Notes: generated from the sequence alone by a model not told the origin. Shown: positions 14,932-23,096, counted from the stretch's first letter. The stretch: DNA of 31,552 nt from Candidatus Woesearchaeota archaeon (GCA_016211195.1 JACQSS010000011.1:1-31552); one strand, 5' to 3'. Numbers and translations are program-made.

Positions 14932-16026
14932 TTAGCTCCATTTCAGGAACATTGCTGCCCAGAGCATGCCCTCATCCCGCACATAGAAGAGGCGCTTATA
15001 CGGTGTTCCATCCGGGTTGAAGACTTCAAGGACATTCTTATGTTTCTCGATGATTTTGGCATGGTCCCGGACATACGGTTGTGCAAGTTTCTTGTCAAGC
15101 ATCATAACTACATCAATGAAGCAGAAGCCGAGGTGCGTCCAGATAGAGTTGCCTTCATAATTTGATGCAAAGAATGAGGGAAGAAAAAGCTCCTGTTCCC
15201 TGATACGCTGTTGTGTGTATTTGGCTGGGAACGGCTTATCCAACCCCTGTGCCTTCATCTCGCCCACTGCAGAAGCAAGCATTTCCTTGTCAGTGAAAAT
15301 GCCGCACCAAAATGGAAAAATATTTGCATCACTTGCGACATGATATTTTCCTGACAGGTCATCAAGGAAATATGTGCCTGTCCAGAACGTTTCTTTAATG
15401 ATGCGTGTAAAATCATAACCTGTAAACGGATTTGTGAGCTTCAGCGTCTTAGCATCACATGCAGCCATGGCTAGCATACAGTTATCGTAGCATGAGGATT
15501 GCCGTGCATAATGGTCCTTTATTGATGAGAAATGTTTATCTTTCCGGACCAGGCCGGTTTTCATGTCAAACATTTCCTGATAGCAGACGCGAAGCTGCGC
15601 CTCAAGGAAGTCCTTATACTTCTGTACAAGCTCTTGTGCATCCGCTTGGACTAAACTATGCAGCAGAAATGGCAGTGAATCAATGGCCATAACCGGAAAA
15701 TCAACGCACTTCCCCTTTTTTGTGATGAACGTGGTTATCCTATTCGCACGCTGATAGTGCTCAAGCGCAAATGAGAGTGAGGAAACAACCTGTTCGCGGT
15801 AGCCCAATGCAAGCAGTGCATCGACGCAAAGCCCAAAGTCACGCATCCAGAACTGGGGAAAATTGCCCGTGCTGACTTGATAATAGGTCCCATTCCAGCA
15901 TTCCTGCACAATCTGCTTGCATATCTGCGGTGCATCGCCTATGTACGTCTTTGGTTTCCGGAAACGTGCAGCCAGTGCCCTTGCTCCGAAGCGGACACCT
16001 TCCTTGATATGAGAGGGACGAAGCAT
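14932..16026 (-). CDS. Hypothetical protein, possibly an (alpha/alpha)6-barrel glycoside-hydrolase-like enzyme
   Basis: A 364-aa ORF on the strand opposite a much weaker ORF. The segment FPQFWMRDFGLCVDALLALGYREQV resembles the W-x-RD helix motif of GDE_C/GH15/GH63-type barrels. The functional call is weak. Confidence 0.6.
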   Translation of the reverse strand: MLRPSHIKEGVRFGARALAARFRKPKTYIGDAPQICKQIVQECWNGTYYQVSTGNFPQFWMRDFGLCVDALLALGYREQVVSSLSFALEHYQRANRITTFITKKGKCVDFPVMAIDSLPFLLHSLVQADAQELVQKYKDFLEAQLRVCYQEMFDMKTGLVRKDKHFSSIKDHYARQSSCYDNCMLAMAACDAKTLKLTNPFTGYDFTRIIKETFWTGTYFLDDLSGKYHVASDANIFPFWCGIFTDKEMLASAVGEMKAQGLDKPFPAKYTQQRIREQELFLPSFFASNYEGNSIWTHLGFCFIDVVMMLDKKLAQPYVRDHAKIIEKHKNVLEVFNPDGTPYKRLFYVRDEGMLWAAMFLKWS

Positions 16027-16046
16027 GGCTGAGTGGAGGAAATGCG

Positions 16047-16056
16047 TTTATTTAAA
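16047..16056 (-). promoter_or_regulatory. AT-rich TATA-like element TTTATTTAAA in a divergent intergenic region
   Basis: Lies 21 nt from ATG 16026 of the minus-strand gene. Confidence 0.35.
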
Positions 16057-16075
16057 GGTGCTGGTGGCCGACGGC

Positions 16076-16083
16076 TATAAATA
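16076..16083 (+). promoter_or_regulatory. TATA-box-like element TATAAATA upstream of the C45-like hydrolase
   Basis: Ends 23 nt before ATG 16106. Confidence 0.45.
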
Positions 16084-16105
16084 CCTGGCTCTTATTATAG
16101 ATGCA

Positions 16106-17056
16106 ATGCTTGATATTCTTCTCAATGGAAAGCCACGGGAAATGGGTCGGCGGCATGGTGAATCATTGCGTAGTGCTATTCGCCAGACAATTGATCTGTA
16201 TCAGGAGCTCTGGAAGATTCCTGCGGGCCAACTACTGGATCGTGTCAATGGCTATGCAACTTCCCTGTCGGCATTGGTTCCCCATATCCTTGATGAAATG
16301 CAGGGTATCGCTGATGGTGCAGCCCTCTCTCTTGAGCAGGTTATTGCACTCAATGCACGGACTGAACTATTGCCGCGCTCTGTGCTTGAGTGCACCTCAA
16401 TTGGGCTTGGTGGAGAGCTAGGTCAGAACTGGGACTGGTTGAACACCTTCAAAGGGCTGCCGTGCATGGTCGAGTTACAGCCGCATGGCGCACCAAGAAT
16501 AAGGGCATTTATTGAGCCGGGCATGGTAGGCAAAATTGGTCTCAATGATGCAGGAGTCGCTGTCTGCCTGAATTATCTGCAGACCGATCAGATAAAATCA
16601 GAAGGTTTCCCTATCCATGTGCTCCTGCGACGCATTTTGGGATGTACCTCATGTGAAGAGGCCATCTCAATGCTCACGTTCTCACCACGCGCTGCATCAG
16701 CTCATTACCTGCTGGCGGATGACTATTTGATTATTAGTGCGGAAGCGACTCCTGAAGCGGTCTACTTTTATTCCGGTCAACAGGTTCTGACGCACACGAA
16801 CTCCTACAGGTCCCGCAATGAGTCATGTCCTCGTCAGACACTGGTGGATAGCTATCTCGGGAAACAGCGGCAAAATGTGTCGAGCGACACTATCAAACGT
16901 GCCTTGGCACTGCCGGGTGTTCAGTTTCCACTGGCAAAACCGGGAGAGATTGAAACACTGCATACCATCCTGCTGCAACCGCGCCTGAAGCAGATGCTGG
17001 TTTCTGACGGTGCAGCTGGGCATGCGTTTACCACGTATTCGTTCAGAAACCTTTAA
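16106..17056 (+). CDS. Peptidase C45 / acyl-CoA:6-aminopenicillanic-acid acyltransferase-like NTN hydrolase
   Basis: Start MLDILLNGKPREMGRRHG, candidate nucleophile LECTSIGL, and NWDW and THTNSY motifs typical of the family. The start is chosen at 16106 from the TATA spacing. The ORF is open from 16025. Confidence 0.7.
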   Translation: MLDILLNGKPREMGRRHGESLRSAIRQTIDLYQELWKIPAGQLLDRVNGYATSLSALVPHILDEMQGIADGAALSLEQVIALNARTELLPRSVLECTSIGLGGELGQNWDWLNTFKGLPCMVELQPHGAPRIRAFIEPGMVGKIGLNDAGVAVCLNYLQTDQIKSEGFPIHVLLRRILGCTSCEEAISMLTFSPRAASAHYLLADDYLIISAEATPEAVYFYSGQQVLTHTNSYRSRNESCPRQTLVDSYLGKQRQNVSSDTIKRALALPGVQFPLAKPGEIETLHTILLQPRLKQMLVSDGAAGHAFTTYSFRNL

Positions 17057-17570
17057 ATTGCCGATGCCGTTCGTCCCGCATAATGGACGAAACGACGAAT
17101 CATGTGTGCCAGAGTTGCATCAAATTCAAGTTCTTCGGCAAAAGCTGCTGGTATTTCTGGGAAGGCAAGAAAGTCTGCACTATGAAGGAAGAGGAATAGA
17201 TAATGTGCATAGACGAGATTGTTGTGCCGGAATCGAAGGAGATGCAAGTGCACCCGCAATCAGGCTTGAGCAGCTTTTGCGTTGGCGCAGCCGGTGGTTT
17301 TGTCACGCTACTTTTACGAACCAATGTCTTATTCTATTTTGAATTCTTAACGCCTAATCAGAAGAAACTAGCGCGTGCACATTATGCATGGGAACTGAAT
17401 GGAGAGAAGCTGGACAGTGCACGCAGTGGTGATCAGTGTGGAGCAACGTGCGCGTTTTATACTGAATGTGCATTAGCCGTCGCTGCAGGAGGCTTTGGCG
17501 GTCTGGCGGGCATTGGATTGTACTTTGGTGCAAAAGCAGTGACGAACACGCTTGGGTATCTCTATTTTCG

Positions 17571-17577
17571 AAAAAGA
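17571..17577 (-). terminator. Oligo-T tract (TCTTTTT on the minus strand) immediately after the tRNA 3' end
   Basis: Plus-strand AAAAAGA directly abuts the discriminator base. Archaeal terminators are typically oligo-T tracts. Confidence 0.45.
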
Positions 17578-17652
17578 CGCGCCTGGGGGGATTCGAACCC
17601 CCGACCTTCAACTTAGGAGGCTGACGCTCTATCCAAACTGAGCTACAGGCGC
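17578..17652 (-). tRNA. tRNA-Arg(CCT): tRNA-Arg (anticodon CCT), no intron, CCA not encoded
   Basis: The reverse complement folds by hand into a cloverleaf: acceptor GCGCCTG/CAGGCGC, D stem GCTC/GAGC, anticodon stem TCAGC/GTTGA with loop CTCCTAA, T stem GGGGG/CCCCC with loop TTCGAAT. Total 75 nt. Confidence 0.9.
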
Positions 17653-17673
17653 ATGTGGTCGGGCAAAGAGCCA

Positions 17674-18375
17674 TTACTTAAAATCCTTTGCAATGCCCCA
17701 TAACAGTTCGAAATACTGCCGGAATGCGTCTGCAATGCCACTGTTGTTGATAAGAATTCCCAACGGCTTTTCCGTCCAGAGAATGATGGCCACCTTACTG
17801 CCATAAATATTCACAGCCGCTTTTGCATCAAGGGGGAGATATCGTATCGTGCTCAAGGGGATTGGGTATGACGGCCGCTGATTAAAGATCATCCGTATCT
17901 GGATGTGCTTCTTCTTCCTTGCTTCATCATACTTGTGGAAATAATACTTGATGATTTCCTGTGCCTGCGGCGATGCGCCAAGGACCAGAATCTCTTTTGC
18001 AGCCAGCTGGTCTGCGAGGATAGTCTTTACCCCTTCCTTTCCGCGGTAAAAGACCGTCTCCTGCTTTTCCTTGACGGTATTGAATTTGTTCAGGAGAGAC
18101 GGCATGATTTTTTCGACATCTTCCTGCGCCTGTTTCATGAGCTCGATGACATGCGCCGGGTTGGTCGCTTCATAGCGTTTTCGCTTACGCTCGACGATAT
18201 AACTAACAAGTCCTTTCTCAGCCAATCTGGCTAATAAATCATAAACCGAGCGGCGGTGGATGCCACTATGTTTTGCAATGCTTCCTGCGAGTGATGGGCC
18301 ATCATCCAGCAATGTCAGATAGACCTTTGCCTCATTCCGTGTGAGTCCAGCCAGCAACAGGATTTTTTCATCCAT
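17674..18375 (-). CDS. TrmB-family transcriptional regulator
   Basis: N-terminal winged-HTH LTRNEAKVYLTLLDDGPSLAGSIAKHSGIHRRSVYDLLARLAEKGLVSY, followed by a C-terminal effector-type domain. Confidence 0.8.
   Translation of the reverse strand: MDEKILLLAGLTRNEAKVYLTLLDDGPSLAGSIAKHSGIHRRSVYDLLARLAEKGLVSYIVERKRKRYEATNPAHVIELMKQAQEDVEKIMPSLLNKFNTVKEKQETVFYRGKEGVKTILADQLAAKEILVLGASPQAQEIIKYYFHKYDEARKKKHIQIRMIFNQRPSYPIPLSTIRYLPLDAKAAVNIYGSKVAIILWTEKPLGILINNSGIADAFRQYFELLWGIAKDFK
17676..17683 (-). promoter_or_regulatory. TATA-like element (TTTTAAGT on the minus strand) upstream of tRNA-Arg
   Basis: Lies 24 nt upstream of the tRNA 5' end and overlaps the TrmB stop codon. Confidence 0.4.
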
Positions 18376-18398
18376 GCCAAGTTCTCAGTTTTTCCACC

Positions 18399-19460
18399 TT
18401 AAAAATGCTGTGCTGCGAACAGCTCAGCAATCTGGGCTGGCCTCGTTGCATCGCGAGGTCCCTTATCCGTTGGTTCCCTGATGTGGGTGATGACAGGAAT
18501 AAGCAACGAATATGCTTTGTCCAAGCCCCCGCAGCTGTGCCAGTTGTCATTGTAGCTGATATCCTGTGCCTTGACCGTGACAACGATTGACTTGTCTGGA
18601 TTGACATACGCAGTCGGTATCTTGCGCTGGTACGTCTTTTTCTGCAATTTGGGGTTAAAGACAATATTCGGCGGAGGGCTATTGGTCAACTGTGATCCAA
18701 TGGATGTGGCGATTTCCTGTTGCAGTTCTCCCGTAACACCAACCTTAACCACAGTCTCATAGGTTCCTGTCGCATCGTTATATGCGCAGAGCAGAACAGC
18801 ATTGAATGGATTATTGTACACGCCGCCGACCACGAGGTCCAGTGTCTCAAATTCCTTAAGCTTGAGCCATGTCTTTGATTCCTTTCCCGCAAGGTATGGT
18901 GCCGTCCTATCTTTGGCGACAAGCCCTTCTTCCTTGCGCGTGTGCACAACGTCCATATAAAACGCAACCAAGTCTTGTTGTGTTGAGATATGCCTACTCT
19001 CTGCAGCAAGGACATTCTTTCCCACAACTATCTTCTCCAGCAGTCCGCGTCGTTCATCAAGCGATGCATCGAGCATTGACTGGCCATAGTAGAGCACGTC
19101 AAAGACACGCAACTGTATCGGGTACTCAGCTACTTTGGCATGGTCTGGATTTTTCTTTGGTCGGCGCTGGATAGCAACAAGGCCTTCTGCACCACCGGCA
19201 GTTCCTACGATTTCTGCGTCAAAGATCGTGGCAATCCTATAGCGCTCAAGGTCTGGCAGCAATTCCGGGAAGCATCGGGGATTAAGCTCCACAAAGTTTT
19301 TGGAAAAGAAGCATGGCCCCTGTCCGGGCATGATGTGGACTTCTGTCCGTTGTCCATTGTATTTGATGTCTGCCTGCGTTCGTCCCTTGTGCTGGCGCAA
19401 GGCGTTCTCCAGATTTCCATTAACCGCTTTCTGGAATGGGATTGGGGTTCCGGGTTTCAT
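18399..19460 (-). CDS. Minimal ATP-dependent DNA ligase (nucleotidyltransferase plus OB domains, no N-terminal DNA-binding domain)
   Basis: Motif I IKYNGQR (a variant of KxDGxR), motif III FDAEIVG, IIIa LRVFDVLYYG, IV EGLVAKD, V TWLKLK, and a motif VI-like IREPTDKGPRDAT. 353 aa. Confidence 0.8.
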   Translation of the reverse strand: MKPGTPIPFQKAVNGNLENALRQHKGRTQADIKYNGQRTEVHIMPGQGPCFFSKNFVELNPRCFPELLPDLERYRIATIFDAEIVGTAGGAEGLVAIQRRPKKNPDHAKVAEYPIQLRVFDVLYYGQSMLDASLDERRGLLEKIVVGKNVLAAESRHISTQQDLVAFYMDVVHTRKEEGLVAKDRTAPYLAGKESKTWLKLKEFETLDLVVGGVYNNPFNAVLLCAYNDATGTYETVVKVGVTGELQQEIATSIGSQLTNSPPPNIVFNPKLQKKTYQRKIPTAYVNPDKSIVVTVKAQDISYNDNWHSCGGLDKAYSLLIPVITHIREPTDKGPRDATRPAQIAELFAAQHF

Positions 19461-20659
19461 TGGTCATCACCATATTTCTTCATCGCATGCTGGAGTGCAC
19501 CATCATATCTGTTCTCAAGCGCATTGAGGATAGAACTGATGGCACATGCCGAACTTGCATATTGGTTCTTTTCTGTCTTATTCCGCCGCTGCAACGATGC
19601 CATAAAGCTGAGCCTCTTTTCCAGTTCCTTAATGTCATCATCATGGTCAAGGTGCGCTATTTTCCGGACAGAATGCTGTATCTGCCGGAGTGATGTCGAA
19701 TGACCCATGAGATTTTTTGTCTCGTAGACGAGATGGCCGAGCATTGCATACCGCTCGATGCGTTTTCCCAGTACTGTCTCCCGTATGGTGGGATATGCAA
19801 TGAGCAGCTCTCCAGCAAGCAGTTCCACCCGTTTGCGCGCCAATGGTGTTTTGGTCATGTGCTGGCAGAGCAGTGTCATATCATAAGCAAGGTCATAGAT
19901 CGTCTGTGCAGGCCGCTCTCTGAGCGCTGTCGCAAGCTGCTTGTTCAACCCCCTGTTCTCGTAGAGCATAAGATAATCTGTAAGCACGTCCCCGTCAATA
20001 GGGATGTCTTTGCTTGCTTCTACTCGCTCCTCAACTTTTTTTCCGAAAGCTGACAATGCCTCGAGTTTCATTGCAAGCGCTTCAAGCGAGAGGTCATGCT
20101 CATTGTCTTTCAGGTGGATAATCTTTCCTCGCACACCCGCTTCCTTATGCAGGAACAGTGTCCAGTTCGTGCAGAGACCATTATACCATGAAATACCGTA
20201 CTTCACTGCAGATTCGCCGTTGCCGCCCCAGTTTCCGTACTTTCCGAGGTCGATGAATGCATAGAGGTTGCCTAGTGAACCCGATAAAGGAACATGGACC
20301 ATTGATGGATGGAACTGCTGCTCGACAATACCCCCAACGTGTAGGCGAGTGAGTGCGTCGCGTATCTGATCAGCAGTAATGCCTGCAAATTTTGATGTGA
20401 CAAGCCCGAACCATTCCTGCCCGGTGCCCCTCACGTAATAGTCACGGTGCTGGAGCTCTTCCTCAAGGCGCATGGCCAAATACATGTTAGCATCATCGCT
20501 GTTCAAACCATTGCATTCGTCCCTCCGGATTCCCAGCCTGCGCATGAGTTTCTGTGTCAGTGGGTGGGGGAGGACGATTTCTCCACCCGGTGTCTCGATA
20601 TGGACATGGCTGTTCACTGTGACTTTTCCTTCAAGCTTTTTGACGATTGTATTGTTCAT
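19457..20659 (-). CDS. Hypothetical protein with a DUF932-like N-terminal domain and a helical C-terminal extension
   Basis: Its stop overlaps the ligase start (ATGA). ATG 20659 is preceded by GGTGA at 5-nt spacing, so the GTG at 20668 in the ORF track is probably part of that SD. The core NGESAVKYGISWYNGLCTNWTLF resembles the DUF932 core DGS...G..R.VCTNG. Confidence 0.7.
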   Translation of the reverse strand: MNNTIVKKLEGKVTVNSHVHIETPGGEIVLPHPLTQKLMRRLGIRRDECNGLNSDDANMYLAMRLEEELQHRDYYVRGTGQEWFGLVTSKFAGITADQIRDALTRLHVGGIVEQQFHPSMVHVPLSGSLGNLYAFIDLGKYGNWGGNGESAVKYGISWYNGLCTNWTLFLHKEAGVRGKIIHLKDNEHDLSLEALAMKLEALSAFGKKVEERVEASKDIPIDGDVLTDYLMLYENRGLNKQLATALRERPAQTIYDLAYDMTLLCQHMTKTPLARKRVELLAGELLIAYPTIRETVLGKRIERYAMLGHLVYETKNLMGHSTSLRQIQHSVRKIAHLDHDDDIKELEKRLSFMASLQRRNKTEKNQYASSACAISSILNALENRYDGALQHAMKKYGDDQ

Positions 20660-20690
20660 TTTCTTCACCGGGCATCGGAAATCAGCAGTA

Positions 20691-20699
20691 TTATATTAA
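20691..20699 (-). promoter_or_regulatory. TATA-like element (TTAATATAA on the minus strand) upstream of the DUF932-like/ligase operon
   Basis: Lies about 32 nt upstream of ATG 20659, which leaves room for a short SD-containing leader. Confidence 0.35.
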
Positions 20700-20749
20700 G
20701 CAATGTGGTGATGAAGAACACCACATTTTATAGAATCAATTTCAACAAC

Positions 20750-20757
20750 TATTTAAG
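20750..20757 (+). promoter_or_regulatory. TATA-box-like element TATTTAAG upstream of the methyltransferase-kinase fusion gene
   Basis: Ends 23 nt before ATG 20780. Confidence 0.4.
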
Positions 20758-20779
20758 CGATTATGTCCTTGTTTTCGGT

Positions 20780-21949
20780 ATGTACGACACCATTTATGAA
20801 CCACGGGAAGACACGTACCTGCTTGGTCGGGCCGTGAGTAGATATGCCCATGGTCGCGTGCTCGACATGGGTACTGGATCCGGCTATCTGGCCCATCTTG
20901 CTGCCCGTAAAGCAAAGCGTGTTGTCGCCGTTGACATCAATCCGGAAGCAATCGCCTATTGCCGTAAGCAGCATCATGACAGGAATATAACATTCATTGA
21001 AAGCAATCTCTTTTCTGCATGTGTTGGTCCATTTGACACAATCATCTTCAACCCGCCATATCTCCCATACGATAAGCGGGAGCCATTGCAGTCGCGGCTC
21101 ATCACGACTGGAGGGAAACATGGCTATGAGCTTCTTGTTCGTTTTATCCAACAGAGCTCGCGCTATCTTTCTTCCCGAGGAGTAATCCTTATTGTGTTTA
21201 GTTCCCTCACCAACAAAGAGAAAATTGATGAGGTGATCATGCAATCTTTGCTCGAGAAAGAAATGGTCATGATGCAGAGGATACCTCATGAGCAGTTGTA
21301 CGTGTATCGTATTACCAAAACTCCTGTGTATACTGTGCTGGAGAAAACCGGAGTTACGGAACTCGCTTTTTTTGCAAAAGGTAAGCGTGGTCTTGTGTTC
21401 ACGGGTCAACTGGGGAATAAGACCATCGCAGCCAAAGTACATCACCCGATGTCCCGGGCGCTTGAAGCATTAGCCCGTGAGGCACGGATGCTGAACGTTG
21501 TTAACAAGCTCGGCATAGGGCCTAAGCTGCTTGGCCACGGCAAATGGTATGTGCTCTATGAATTTGTTCCGGGTGAGCAATTCCGCTACAGGTTGCCATC
21601 CATGAACAAAGATAACCTCAAAAAATTCTTTAAGAGCTTGCTGCTGCAACTTCTTATGCTCGATAAGCATGGCATTGCTAAGGAAGAGATGAGTAACCCC
21701 TATAAGCATATCATTGTTGATGGTGCAAAGCCGGTCCTGCTCGATTTTGAGCGGGCGCATAAGACAAAGCGACCGCATAATGTCACCCAGTTCTGCAGTT
21801 ACCTGTTACGGTTACAGCCCCTTCTTGTCCGGAAAAAGATACGATTCTCGCGTAATGCAGTCATTGCATGGGCAAAGAATTATCGTCCACAACAGCAGTA
21901 TCTTAATAAACTGCTTCGTATTCTTTTCAGTCATGGGAGAACACTATAA
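20780..21949 (+). CDS. Fusion protein: Mtq2/PrmC-like NPPY methyltransferase plus a C-terminal atypical Bud32/RIO-like kinase domain
   Basis: N-terminal part: YEPREDTYLL, VLDMGTGSGYLA and FNPPY (21050-21061). C-terminal part: glycine loop GKRGLVFTG, AAKVHH lysine, EARML helix-C Glu, LDKHGIAKEEMSNPYKHIIV and LLDFERA. The start at 20780 is chosen from the TATA spacing and the canonical Mtq2 N-terminus. ATG 20711 is an alternative. The ORF upstream of that overlaps the opposite-strand gene. Confidence 0.75.
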   Translation: MYDTIYEPREDTYLLGRAVSRYAHGRVLDMGTGSGYLAHLAARKAKRVVAVDINPEAIAYCRKQHHDRNITFIESNLFSACVGPFDTIIFNPPYLPYDKREPLQSRLITTGGKHGYELLVRFIQQSSRYLSSRGVILIVFSSLTNKEKIDEVIMQSLLEKEMVMMQRIPHEQLYVYRITKTPVYTVLEKTGVTELAFFAKGKRGLVFTGQLGNKTIAAKVHHPMSRALEALAREARMLNVVNKLGIGPKLLGHGKWYVLYEFVPGEQFRYRLPSMNKDNLKKFFKSLLLQLLMLDKHGIAKEEMSNPYKHIIVDGAKPVLLDFERAHKTKRPHNVTQFCSYLLRLQPLLVRKKIRFSRNAVIAWAKNYRPQQQYLNKLLRILFSHGRTL

Positions 21950-22529
21950 CGCATTTAAAAAAAAGGTGTTTGAAGAGGCATCACTCGAGCTGCAGTCACA
22001 GCTTGAAATGTTATTGCAAGATTTTTCGCATGGTACGATAACTGAGAAGGAATTCGACAAGAAAAGCGAAGAGCTGATTGTAGAACGTGCATTGCAAAAG
22101 TATCGCGAAACAGTACAGCTGTCTCATGATATCCCATTAGTCCTTGAAGCCACCAAGGAGATCTTGCGTAATTATTGTGATCATACAGAGTATTGTTGTT
22201 CTATGCTCGATTCATATCGCCAGAACCCCCATGTTGCTGCGCAAGATTATGAATTGATGGTGCGCTATCTTGATGATGCCAAGCGCGATTTTCCTTTGTG
22301 GCAGGAAGGGTCCGATATAGGGATGGCATTCAAGGAAGCCGCCAGTTGGGGCATGGATGAAGAGACCCTTTACGCAGCGTTCAGTGTGACGCTCGAAAGA
22401 CTTAGTGCCATCCAGCGTCGACTGGTTTTACCTGATTATAGAGAAGATGTCCGTAAAGATATTGACATTCTTGCAAAAGCCTTTCTGGACGAGTATCGGA
22501 AAGACCGTGGTCCTGACATATGCCACTGA
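21933..22529 (+). CDS. Hypothetical alpha-helical protein (198 aa)
   Basis: ORF with its first ATG after the upstream gene body. Overlaps the upstream stop by 17 nt and the downstream start by 10 nt. No motif recognised. Confidence 0.6.
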   Translation: MGEHYNAFKKKVFEEASLELQSQLEMLLQDFSHGTITEKEFDKKSEELIVERALQKYRETVQLSHDIPLVLEATKEILRNYCDHTEYCCSMLDSYRQNPHVAAQDYELMVRYLDDAKRDFPLWQEGSDIGMAFKEAASWGMDEETLYAAFSVTLERLSAIQRRLVLPDYREDVRKDIDILAKAFLDEYRKDRGPDICH

Positions 22530-22999
22530 CATACTATGATGAGCTTGCGCGGGGCTATGACCGGTTGCACGGTGACGAACAACGGCTGAAGCGAGCCATT
22601 CTCATTGCACATTTGCCCAACGTGCTGGGTAGAATCCTTGATATTGGCTGTGGAACCGGATTGTCATTCTCTCGGAAAAATACGATTGGCCTCGACCCGA
22701 GCATTCGATTGCTCAGATTGGCGAAGAAAAGAGGCGGGTTGCTTGTGCAGGGCTGCGGAGAGGCACTGCCATTCAAGGACAAGTCATTTGCTCTTGTGCA
22801 ATCAGTCAGTGCACTGCATAACTTCCACGACTGGCGGTTGGGTATAGCAGAGATGCGGCGCGTCTCGTCGCAGTGGGTCATTATTTCTCTCCTGAAAAAA
22901 GCAAAGGAGTATAAACAGATTCGGGCAGAAATTCTCACCTTTGCATCAGTACGGGAAATCGATGCAGATCGCGATACGCTCTTTGTGTGCACAGTGTGA
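22520..22999 (+). CDS. Small class I SAM-dependent methyltransferase (Methyltransf_11 / Bud23-like)
   Basis: YYDELARGYD at the N-terminus, motif I ILDIGCGTGLS, and post-I GLDPSIRLL. 159 aa. Confidence 0.75.
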   Translation: MPLTYYDELARGYDRLHGDEQRLKRAILIAHLPNVLGRILDIGCGTGLSFSRKNTIGLDPSIRLLRLAKKRGGLLVQGCGEALPFKDKSFALVQSVSALHNFHDWRLGIAEMRRVSSQWVIISLLKKAKEYKQIRAEILTFASVREIDADRDTLFVCTV

Positions 23000-23096
23000 T
23001 TTTTTTGTCTCAATCCTGCGCACTCCCTGCGAATCATCCTTAAAAAGCGGTTTCTCCTAGATACCATTGTGGCACAAAGGTGTCACAGGTGACTCT

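Noticed and set aside
17354-17674. 106-aa minus-strand ORF spanning the tRNA-Arg gene.
   Set aside because: It reads straight through the tRNA on the same strand. The tRNA cloverleaf is unambiguous, and the ORF has no start context.
17578-20659. Integrated element at tRNA-Arg carrying TrmB, the ligase and the DUF932-like gene.
   Set aside because: These genes lie on the 5' side of the tRNA. There is no integrase, and I could find no direct repeat of a tRNA segment anywhere in the window. I retained only a low-interest note on the 3' flank.
20447-20779. N-terminal extension of the 500-aa ORF upstream of the methyltransferase domain.
   Set aside because: It overlaps the 5' end of the well-supported opposite-strand gene (19457-20659) and its promoter. 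The family N-terminus (YEPxED) and a TATA at 23-nt spacing both favour ATG 20780. ATG 20711 remains a possible alternative.
20753-21445. 230-aa minus-strand ORF. The same judgement applies to other long antisense ORFs: 19140-19703, 22555-23067, 23782-24375, 26679-27266, 28072-28584, 14354-14794 and 2652-3047.
   Set aside because: Each lies antisense to a gene with clear family motifs (methyltransferase-kinase, ligase, methyltransferase, AAA ATPase, Kae1, ABC NBD, binding protein, giant surface protein). None has a recognisable motif of its own.
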